A stretch of DNA of 36,536 nucleotides from Nanohaloarchaea archaeon B1-Br10_U2g21 (GTDB taxonomy: Archaea > Nanohalarchaeota > Nanosalinia > Nanosalinales > Nanosalinaceae), in contig LKMP01000008.1 in the NCBI GenBank assembly GCA_001563915.1, positions 1 to 36,536 of the forward strand. The letters are read 5' to 3'. Numbering within the stretch: the first letter of the stretch is position 1; each line of letters begins with the position of its first letter. This document shows, piece by piece, positions 17,347 to 25,054 of this stretch. Under the pieces are notes generated by a model. That model did no database searches. It had not been told where the DNA came from and saw nothing but the letters and a program-made list of their open reading frames with translations. Position numbers and translations under genes: made by a program.

Positions 17347-18476
17347 AGACTATCCTCACTCTTTATCATGTCCATTAATTTCTTTGATGATTCTGTCATC
17401 GGTAAGTCGTTCCGATAAAGATTCATGTTTAAATCTAGTTTTTCCCGAGTTTTTTCTAATAGTTCAAATGCTTTTTCAGCGTTAGGCCCATCTCTACGAA
17501 TTACTATTGGATATTCGGGCTCCTCTTCTTCTAGTGCTTGACAAAATCCTCTCATTGTCCTGTAAATATCAGTATTATTAGCTGTTCCTCCCACATGTAG
17601 TAATCCTTTGAGATTTGGTTTTGACATTATGACTTTACTAAGCCGGTAAACTTTTTCTGTCGGAGGATTTCCACCATACTCGGTATAATTTGCAGGTTTC
17701 CCTCCATAAGCTATCAGAGAATCCATATTTGTAAGTGAGGCGCCTCCACCAGCAAGCATCATGCCTATATCGCCCTCTAGCTCAACGTATTTGCCAGCTA
17801 CACCTCTGTGATCCTCTTCATCTATTTTTTCGGCCTCTATTTCTCTTTCAGTTTTCTCCCTTTTGAAAGCAGTTCTTTTAGGATAGCTCCAATTATGGCG
17901 GAAGGATGCGTCATTATCGAGCTCCATTTTAGCGTCGACGGCTATTAAATCCTTTTTAGAATCCAAAACTAAAGGGTTCACTTCTAGCATCATTGCGTCC
18001 TCTTCAAGAAACACGTTGAAAATTAGGTGTGTGATTATACTTAACCTGTCTGAAATATCATCTGAGAGCTCTGCGCTTCTTAGCTTCTCCGTAAACTCTT
18101 TTTTGCTGCCTTTCTCTATTTTAAATTTCGTTATTTCTCTGTTTTCTACGCCTGATCCTCCATCAGCTGAAAATAAAAACACTGGTCCTCGTGTAGAGGT
18201 ATCATAGACAAAAGAAATGTAGTATTCATGTTCTATATCCACTTTTTCTTCTATAAGTACGGACTCTACTTTTCTACCGGCTAGTTTGCCGTTTTTCATA
18301 TCTTCAGCAATTCTTTCTGCTTTTTTCCGACTTTCTGCAAATTTTATTCCTCCTTTAGATTTTCGATTCTTTTCAAGTATCTGTGCTTTCACAACGAAGG
18401 ATTCGCCGTCTTTTGAAGGAGTGGGGATGTCATGTTTCTCTAAGATTTTCTTTGTCTCGTGTTCTAATAGCTCCAC
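17343..18476 (-). CDS. ATP-grasp subunit with citrate-binding domain (ATP citrate lyase beta / citryl-CoA synthetase large subunit)
   Basis: LLEHE.K, R...GGI, EVNPL, DAK..LD; ACL-type AGGGAS, ANY.EY.GNP and GG.AN.TD motifs instead of SucC NGAGL/NFLD/NIFGGI. Confidence 0.88.
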   Translation of the reverse strand: MELLEHETKKILEKHDIPTPSKDGESFVVKAQILEKNRKSKGGIKFAESRKKAERIAEDMKNGKLAGRKVESVLIEEKVDIEHEYYISFVYDTSTRGPVFLFSADGGSGVENREITKFKIEKGSKKEFTEKLRSAELSDDISDRLSIITHLIFNVFLEEDAMMLEVNPLVLDSKKDLIAVDAKMELDNDASFRHNWSYPKRTAFKREKTEREIEAEKIDEEDHRGVAGKYVELEGDIGMMLAGGGASLTNMDSLIAYGGKPANYTEYGGNPPTEKVYRLSKVIMSKPNLKGLLHVGGTANNTDIYRTMRGFCQALEEEEPEYPIVIRRDGPNAEKAFELLEKTREKLDLNMNLYRNDLPMTESSKKLMDMIKSEDSL

Positions 18477-18530
18477 GTTAATAATCTAAGAGAGTGTTAT
18501 TAATTAAAGTTCTAAGAAATCTTGGTATAA

Positions 18531-19100
18531 TTAAGGCACTAGTGAAGGATGTTTAATATCGTATTCTGGATCGTATTCTAAATCTCCTGAGCTCGCATCA
18601 ATTACTAGACGGGTATTGTGGTCATTATTTTTTTCCCATGCGGTATCGTAATCTATGTCTTTGTCATCGAATCTTTCCTCAACTAAACCTCTTAAACCCC
18701 ATATCTTTGAAATATCTTCAATTTGATCATCTTCATCGGACCAGTATGTGGACTTACCAATGTTAGTTCCGGCGGCGAAACCATTTAATTCAGAGACATC
18801 GCTACCATAATCTTTACCCACAAGCATTAAGAAAGGATCTAGCTCGTCTTTAAGCAGTTCTTTAGGACTCTTACTTTCGATTTGCGTATGAAGCATGTAA
18901 CTCCGGTCTTCGTTGTATAATGCTACTACAAGACACTTATCGATTCCGCCAGAATCAAGCATTCCGTCTACTGCCCCCCATTGGGTCTGACCATATGACC
19001 CGTTTACTTCTTGAGTTCCGTCTTCCAGAACTCCATCTAGTCCTAGGCCCATTTCCGCTTCATATTCTGCTTCGTTTATGAGTGTGTTAGTATCTACCAT
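18531..19100 (-). CDS. Hypothetical protein with CheD-like Cys/His motif
   Basis: SGGIDKCLVVALYN...YMLH and F.AG resemble CheD LGSCV.V.LYD...H and K..GG. Confidence 0.6.
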   Translation of the reverse strand: MVDTNTLINEAEYEAEMGLGLDGVLEDGTQEVNGSYGQTQWGAVDGMLDSGGIDKCLVVALYNEDRSYMLHTQIESKSPKELLKDELDPFLMLVGKDYGSDVSELNGFAAGTNIGKSTYWSDEDDQIEDISKIWGLRGLVEERFDDKDIDYDTAWEKNNDHNTRLVIDASSGDLEYDPEYDIKHPSLVP

Positions 19101-19203
19101 TTTTTCACATCTTTTGAGAAGATAGGTTAGTATTTACAGTTTTTAAAGACATACTTTTTTATCAGTTAATCTAAAAATATAGGCAAACTTATAATGTAAT
19201 ATA

Positions 19204-19722
19204 ATGGTCTATACTAGAAGAGGGGATAAGGGCAGAACTGATTTATCATCAGGAGAAAGAGTTTCAAAGTCAAGTAACAGAGTTAAGGCCTATGGGACTA
19301 TAGATGAGCTTAACTCTTTGATAGGAATATGCAGGTTTTATGCCGAAGATAAAAGTCAGGAGTTGGAGGATATACAGAATGATTTACATATACTGCAGGC
19401 TGAGTTGGCAAACCGAGAACCTGAAATAAAGATTTCCCAAGATCATACAGAAGTCCTAGAAGATCGCTGTGATACATATCAAGAAGAATGCCCTCCTTTA
19501 ACGGATTTCGTGTTGGCTGGAGGCTGCGAATCCGCATCTCACCTACATCATGCGCGCTCTGTATGTCGAAGAGCAGAAAGAGTTGCAGTAACACTTGATC
19601 AGGATGAAGAATTAAGACCTGAGATTTTGACGTACATTAATAGACTTTCTGATTTGCTTTTCCTTATGGCAAGACACGAAAATTTTCTTGAGAACGTAGA
19701 AGAGAAAAATCCTGATTATTAG
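19204..19722 (+). CDS. pduO: PduO-type ATP:cob(I)alamin adenosyltransferase
   Basis: YTRRGDKG.T, YGTIDELNS, AR.VCRRAER, YINRLSDLLF..AR. Confidence 0.95.
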   Translation: MVYTRRGDKGRTDLSSGERVSKSSNRVKAYGTIDELNSLIGICRFYAEDKSQELEDIQNDLHILQAELANREPEIKISQDHTEVLEDRCDTYQEECPPLTDFVLAGGCESASHLHHARSVCRRAERVAVTLDQDEELRPEILTYINRLSDLLFLMARHENFLENVEEKNPDY

Positions 19723-19934
19723 TACGGTTCTTCGGTTTCAATCGTTTTTTCCAGGATATAAAAATCTTCTTCATCTTCAAGCTCGTTTAGCGCAGCATCA
19801 TGGTATTTTTGCGCTTCCAATAAAGAATCGAGGGTTTGATGGTATCTGAGCCATTCTTCCTTATCATCGGCTCTTGCTAAGATACATCTATATTTTTCTC
19901 CGTAAACTAATTCGTTTGAACCTATTATTATCAT
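19719..19934 (-). CDS. Small hypothetical protein
   Basis: 71-aa acidic ORF filling the gap, convergent with pduO. Confidence 0.55.
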   Translation of the reverse strand: MIIIGSNELVYGEKYRCILARADDKEEWLRYHQTLDSLLEAQKYHDAALNELEDEEDFYILEKTIETEEPY

Positions 19935-20033
19935 TTTAAACTCCGGGACACTGTCAAAGAAAAAACATGTTATTGAAGCTGGCCCAATAGATAGAGGGGT
20001 AGAAATTTATTTGAACATAACTCTGTCTCTTTC

Positions 20034-20507
20034 TTAAGCATTTGCTATTAGATAACCAAGGAAAAATAAAGAAATCCAGCCTATTACAGACACGACTGCA
20101 GCAAGACCTGCAACTTTTTCAAACGTTTTTACTTTTTCTGTTCTATTCTCCCACTCTGGTGCGAGTTCTTGGAATTTGGGAGTCACCCAGATATTAAGAA
20201 ATACTCCGTTAAGGAATACTATTACCACTATAAACATTTTAACTTGGAAAGATCTTTCTAGGGCCAAGTTAGGATGCATTAGAAACATTAAGAGGCCTGT
20301 AATCGAGAGTATAAGGAAACCTACCCAGATAATGAGAGAGAATATAGGAGCCATCATCGCATTGTACTTGGCATTACTTGGTTTAAGATGCATGTAACCA
20401 TTTACAGCATCAGTCATCAGTACTGCCCCAATAGCAGTTATAGCTCCGAATACGTGAAGCATATGGAGTGTAAAATGAGGATCCAATACTGGCGATAAAT
20501 CAATCAC
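20034..20507 (-). CDS. Four-TM membrane protein with His in TM1 (CopD/DUF2269-like, possibly heme or metal binding)
   Basis: Four hydrophobic helices, HMLHVFG in TM1, K and NG..LN in TM3; aligns by eye to the VKOR C-terminal domain in this window. Confidence 0.75.
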   Translation of the reverse strand: MIDLSPVLDPHFTLHMLHVFGAITAIGAVLMTDAVNGYMHLKPSNAKYNAMMAPIFSLIIWVGFLILSITGLLMFLMHPNLALERSFQVKMFIVVIVFLNGVFLNIWVTPKFQELAPEWENRTEKVKTFEKVAGLAAVVSVIGWISLFFLGYLIANA

Positions 20508-20746
20508 GATTCAACCACCTCTATTTCATTAAGCAAAGTAGTGGCTATGAAATATAGGCTAGTCAAAGCGACTGTCAGAGTCAATAATATTACAAAATAA
20601 GAAAAACTTGATACTCCTAACGCCTCAGAAACACTGAATAAGGATTCGCTTTCAGGGTCATGTGAGGCTACTTTTGTAATAAGTGCCAGAAAGGCCACTA
20701 AAAGACCTGATAATTTCTCCATATATCGGATTTTACATTCCATCAT
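20504..20746 (-). CDS. Small membrane protein (signal-like segment + TM)
   Basis: Two hydrophobic segments; stop overlaps the start of the 4-TM gene; the true start may be the internal MEKL. Confidence 0.5.
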   Translation of the reverse strand: MMECKIRYMEKLSGLLVAFLALITKVASHDPESESLFSVSEALGVSSFSYFVILLTLTVALTSLYFIATTLLNEIEVVES

Positions 20747-20802
20747 TAAAAAATCCTTCTAGCGTCCTTATCTTTTTATTCAGCTTCACAGATCTAATAT
20801 TC

Positions 20803-22137
20803 ATGGATAGAGAGTTCATTATCCCTTCAATATTTGTAGCAGCGCTAACTTTGATGCTGTTTTCTGGCCTTACTTATCTGGGATATGAACATATTACTGA
20901 GGCCTCTGTTGAAGGCGAGCCAGATGTAGTCATTGATATGTTAGCAGACGATTGGTACTTTGAGCCCGATAAAATTACTGTTAGTGAAGGAGACCATGTT
21001 AGACTTGTAATCGAGACAGAACACTCTGAAACAGGTACTTATGATCACGGTATCCACATACCTAGTTTAGGAGTAAACGAGCCTCTTGCAGCTGGAGAGA
21101 CACATGAAGTAGAGTTTATAGCTGATGAAGCCGGAGAACATCAGTTTTACTGTAATGTATACTGCGGAGAAGGACATCATAATATGGAGGGAGAAATTAT
21201 AGTAGAAGAAAACAGTCATGAGGATCATGGCGACGGAACTGAATCTGATTACGAAGATTACGATTTACCTGTTCGAGGTTCAGAAGATGCTATTGAGGAA
21301 TTATCTTATGAAACAGATAGTGAGGGTGTGAAGGTCTTTAATCTAACAGCAGAACACGTAATGTGGGACTACGGAGAAGATCATCTTGGACAGTCTCACG
21401 TGGTCGAATCATGGGGGTATAACGGTCAGCTTCCCGGCCCTGAAATCAGAGTAACCGAAGGAGATGAAGTAAGAATTAATTTTGAAAATAAGGCTCCCAT
21501 CAATACTACAGTTCACTGGCATGGTGTAGACGTTCCAATTGAGGCAGATGGCGTGCCGGGGATAACACAGGAACCAGTAGGAGAAGACGAAACCTTCACC
21601 TACGAATTTACAGCAGAACCTTCAGGAACACGATTCTATCATACTCATGGATCCGATCATACTGATGAGGCAGAACAAATGGATATGGGGCTAGCAGGCC
21701 CTCTGATCATAGAGCCTGAAGAGTTTGAAGAACCTGATGTAGACTACACAATGGTGCTATCTGAAAGAATAGGGGAAGGAATATATCCGATTCAGGGACA
21801 GATATATCCTAACGTGCCTGCTATAGAAGTTGAAGAAGGAGACTTGGTCAGAGTAAGAATGATAAATGCAGGTTCTACAACTTTCCATCCAATGCATCTA
21901 CACGGTCATCAGTTTGACGTTATAGCAAAGGATGGTAACCCTGTGCCTGAAGAAGCAGTACAGGAACGAAATGTCAAAACAGTTCATCCAGGAGAAACTA
22001 TGGATATAGAGTTTGTAGCAGATAATCCGGGAAAATGGATGTTCCACTGCCACGAATTATCTCATGCTGGAGGAGGTATGATCGCAGAAGTAGTCTATGA
22101 TGGCTATGAGGAAGATCATTCAGCTGAGCATCACTAA
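20803..22137 (+). CDS. Membrane-anchored CuA-type cupredoxin fused to a two-domain multicopper oxidase
   Basis: Start reassigned to ATG 20803 (MDREF), followed by a TM anchor. CuA motif H...CNVYCGEGHHNM; MCO motifs HWHG, YHTH, HPMHLHG, HCHELSHAGGGM. Confidence 0.9.
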   Translation: MDREFIIPSIFVAALTLMLFSGLTYLGYEHITEASVEGEPDVVIDMLADDWYFEPDKITVSEGDHVRLVIETEHSETGTYDHGIHIPSLGVNEPLAAGETHEVEFIADEAGEHQFYCNVYCGEGHHNMEGEIIVEENSHEDHGDGTESDYEDYDLPVRGSEDAIEELSYETDSEGVKVFNLTAEHVMWDYGEDHLGQSHVVESWGYNGQLPGPEIRVTEGDEVRINFENKAPINTTVHWHGVDVPIEADGVPGITQEPVGEDETFTYEFTAEPSGTRFYHTHGSDHTDEAEQMDMGLAGPLIIEPEEFEEPDVDYTMVLSERIGEGIYPIQGQIYPNVPAIEVEEGDLVRVRMINAGSTTFHPMHLHGHQFDVIAKDGNPVPEEAVQERNVKTVHPGETMDIEFVADNPGKWMFHCHELSHAGGGMIAEVVYDGYEEDHSAEHH

Positions 22138-22144
22138 TTTTTCG

Positions 22145-22891
22145 CTATAGCTTCTTGTTCCACTGGGCTGATGAAAACTTTTTTTCCGCTAATATTGATG
22201 CCTTTTCAACTTCTTCTTTCGTCAAAGTTCCTTCTTCATACTTCTTGTTCTCTGTAAATTTTTCAATTAATTTTTCTACTACTTCCTCTCGAGAATGATC
22301 AGTATGGTCGCTTATACGAGTTACTCGTTTCTCTGCTGACTCAATAGCTTTATCGCTAACTTTTTCCTTTCCTATTCTTAGTGCTTTCAGCATATTCTCA
22401 ATGTTAAGATCGTAACTTATCATGGTATGATGCAATACAGCATTGTTTTTCCGTATCTGGGCTGCACCTCCTAGCTTTCCATCTTGATGCTCTATGTCAT
22501 TAAGTGGAGCATACATGGCTTCAACTCCAAGACTGTTTAGAGCGTCTACTGCAAACTCATCTAACTCTCTATAACTTTTCTCAATATCTCTATTTACTGC
22601 TTTTTTTGGAATATAAATCGAGTAAGTTATTACGTTTCCTGGTTCTGAGAACATTGCGCCTCCACCAGTAATTCTTCTGACAACTTCGATTCCGTTTTCT
22701 TCCACATATTCATGCTCTACTTCATCTTTGTATGCCTGGAATCTGCCCATAGGGACACTAGTATTTTCACGATACCAGAATCGTAGAGTAGGTTGCATCT
22801 CGCTATTGTCCAACTTTTGTGTTAGTACTTCATCTATGGCGTGATGCATAGCTTCTGAGTAACAACCTTCATTGATTATTCTCCATTTCAT
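22145..22891 (-). CDS. lplA: Lipoate-protein ligase A, catalytic subunit
   Basis: RRITGGGAMF, NDI....KLGGAAQ, LHH motifs. Confidence 0.93.
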   Translation of the reverse strand: MKWRIINEGCYSEAMHHAIDEVLTQKLDNSEMQPTLRFWYRENTSVPMGRFQAYKDEVEHEYVEENGIEVVRRITGGGAMFSEPGNVITYSIYIPKKAVNRDIEKSYRELDEFAVDALNSLGVEAMYAPLNDIEHQDGKLGGAAQIRKNNAVLHHTMISYDLNIENMLKALRIGKEKVSDKAIESAEKRVTRISDHTDHSREEVVEKLIEKFTENKKYEEGTLTKEEVEKASILAEKKFSSAQWNKKL

Positions 22892-23169
22892 TTTGACTCA
22901 CCTATGCTCTTTTTTACAGCTTCTGCAACCGAGGCTGCAGAAAAACCTATTAAATCTGCCTCAACCTTTTTTATGGCCTCTTTAAGAGCTTCTTTTTCTG
23001 AGTCTATTTTAAGACCTGTTAACGCGTCTTCTATTTCCTTTAGGGCTTCTGGAGGCTCAATAAAGAAGTCTCCGCGAACTTTCACATTGGTGAGTTTTTC
23101 TTCGTCATAATGGGTTTCAACTTTGACTAGTTTGCCTTCTGGGACTTTCACAGAAGCCTGTCCTTTCAT
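22888..23169 (-). CDS. Lipoate-protein ligase accessory subunit (LplB / LplA C-terminal domain)
   Basis: Start reassigned to ATG 23169; KVP.GKLV.V and GDFF.EP motifs; ATGA-coupled to lplA. Confidence 0.88.
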   Translation of the reverse strand: MKGQASVKVPEGKLVKVETHYDEEKLTNVKVRGDFFIEPPEALKEIEDALTGLKIDSEKEALKEAIKKVEADLIGFSAASVAEAVKKSIGESK

Positions 23170-23221
23170 AGGTAAGAATAAACTATTGAGCTTATTATAC
23201 ATTTTTGACAACATAATAGTT

Positions 23222-23971
23222 ATGGAATCTAGAAGCGGCATTAATTATAGGAGGACTGATGGCGAAGGAAAGCCTCTCGTATTTGTGCATGGATGGTTAG
23301 GCTCAAGAAAGTCATGGAAGCTTGTGGAAGGGCATCTTAATCTCGAGAATCCAAAAATATTTCTGGATCAGCGATGTCATGGTAGTTCTCCTTGTCGAAA
23401 GTTTTCTATTAGGGATCTTGCAGAGGATTTGAAAGAGGTAGTAGATGAGTCTTGTGATGAAGACCCAATAATTGTAGGTCACTCGATGGGAGGAATGACG
23501 GCATTACAGTATGCAGCTATGCATGATGGCTATGAGTCTCTATGTCTTTTGGGAACTTGTGCATCGACTCCGGAGCCTGAGATTGAGTCTCCTCGTTTTT
23601 TCCTTGAGAAGTTAAACGAAATGGATAGAAAAGAATGGGCCAGAATGATAACCAAGAATTATCTTGGAAATACTGGGGAGAAAGAGTTGAAGAAAGCCAC
23701 AGAACTTGAGTTAAGAGATGCGGAGAAAAAACCTATTATCTATGGTTTAGAGGCTATGATAGAGTATGATATAAGAGATCAATTATCGTCTGAAACTCAC
23801 GCCATAGTTGTCGCAGGAGAAAATGATGGAGCTATCACTTTGGAAAAATCTCGAGAGGTAGCAGAACTGTTAAACGCCGATACAGTAATTATTGATTCAG
23901 GTCATTTGATGCTGCATGAACGGCCCAAAAGAATTGCACAGATAATAGAAAAATTTGTCCAAGATTTATGA
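23222..23971 (+). CDS. Alpha/beta-fold hydrolase
   Basis: Start reassigned to ATG 23222; FVHGW, GHSMGG nucleophile elbow, GEND, SGH catalytic His. Confidence 0.92.
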   Translation: MESRSGINYRRTDGEGKPLVFVHGWLGSRKSWKLVEGHLNLENPKIFLDQRCHGSSPCRKFSIRDLAEDLKEVVDESCDEDPIIVGHSMGGMTALQYAAMHDGYESLCLLGTCASTPEPEIESPRFFLEKLNEMDRKEWARMITKNYLGNTGEKELKKATELELRDAEKKPIIYGLEAMIEYDIRDQLSSETHAIVVAGENDGAITLEKSREVAELLNADTVIIDSGHLMLHERPKRIAQIIEKFVQDL

Positions 23972-24748
23972 GCTGTTTAAATCTTCTTTCATGATAGGAC
24001 AGAAACCTCTATAACGTTCTCCTCCAGAGGCTTCTATTGGGTTTTCAAGCCAATCTATTGAACTGTATTTTTCTGCGAGATTTTCAACTTGGGCATTATT
24101 TTCTTGAGAAAATTCTATATTCTGAAAGCCTGCAGAATCAAAGTTTCGTTCTAGATGTTCTACAGTTTCTTTGGTGCTTGCTCCTAAATCAGAGATTGAG
24201 GGAAGATTATCTATAACAGTTCTCTCACCAGCTCTCAGGCTAGTAATCTCATCTAAGACGTCTCCGTCCCAATCGTCACCTGAAATAAAACCAGCGTAAA
24301 GAATTCTACCATTGGCCCTTTGATTGCTAGAACCAGAAATTGGAAGATTATTGTACCTTACGCTACGATCATCTTTTCTTATACTCAGTCGATCAGAATC
24401 TAGTCCGGATTCTTCAAGAGATGCTACGATACATTCTGCTATAGATTCTTCGAAAAACTCTCCCATTCCACTTGCTGCGTTTAAAGGCACTGAAACTGCA
24501 AAATGAATGTCTTCAGGCCTACACATGAAGACTGAGCCGCCTGTTAATCTTCTGCTGTAATCAAGATTTTTAGCATCTAAAAAATCATGGTTTAATGCAT
24601 CATAAGGCTCGTTATTTCCGAGCAATACTCCAGCTTCATCGTAATTAAGGATGCTATAAAGTGTTTCTTCCTCTGGAGAATCTGTTAGATATTCCATAAA
24701 ACCAAGAGTAGTATATAGATCTTCTGAATATTCGTGGTTAGAGCCCAT
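23966..24748 (-). CDS. Divergent lipoate-ligase (BPL/LplA/LipB family) paralog
   Basis: LLG.N, RRLTGGSVF, ISGSS and KY.S.DW motifs; the usual Lys before xGxx is Pro. Confidence 0.75.
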   Translation of the reverse strand: MGSNHEYSEDLYTTLGFMEYLTDSPEEETLYSILNYDEAGVLLGNNEPYDALNHDFLDAKNLDYSRRLTGGSVFMCRPEDIHFAVSVPLNAASGMGEFFEESIAECIVASLEESGLDSDRLSIRKDDRSVRYNNLPISGSSNQRANGRILYAGFISGDDWDGDVLDEITSLRAGERTVIDNLPSISDLGASTKETVEHLERNFDSAGFQNIEFSQENNAQVENLAEKYSSIDWLENPIEASGGERYRGFCPIMKEDLNSS

Positions 24749-24845
24749 TAAGTAACTGAGAGAGCATAAAGAGTATAAAATAGATGTTAAGGTCTAGATT
24801 CAGGGTCCGGATTAAAAAGACTACTATGTGTAAACAATTCATAAC

Positions 24846-24928
24846 GCGAGGGTAGCCAAGTGGTCAAAGGCGCAGCGTTGAGGGCGCTGTCTCGTAGGAG
24901 TTCCGGGGTTCGAATCCTCGCTCTCGCA
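24846..24928 (+). tRNA. tRNA-Leu(GAG)
   Basis: Acceptor gcgaggg/ctctcgc; anticodon arm cagcg-ttGAGgg-cgctg; long variable arm; T loop ttcgaat. Confidence 0.97.
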
Positions 24929-25054
24929 CTGAGTTTTTCCTTAGGATTAACCTAGTTAAAGTAGATCTGAGCAAAAAAGCCCATAACAATGGTATAAGAG
25001 GTTCAACAGAGAAAAAGAAGGTTTTTTGAGCTTGAGTAGGCGGAGTAAGATTTT

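Noticed and set aside
14703-18476. Succinyl-CoA synthetase + citrate synthase (TCA cycle)
   Set aside because: The large subunit has ACL-type rather than SucC motifs, and the citrate-synthase-like gene is lyase-sized (233 aa).
20803-22137. Copper nitrite reductase (nirK) or NosZ
   Set aside because: Domain 1 lacks the T1 Cys (YHTH), the T1 site is in domain 2, and there is no NosZ beta-propeller.
20683-23241. Long N-terminal extensions in the ORF track (20683, 23123, 23241)
   Set aside because: They overlap divergent genes or promoters; internal ATGs (20803, 23222, 23169) match family N-termini.
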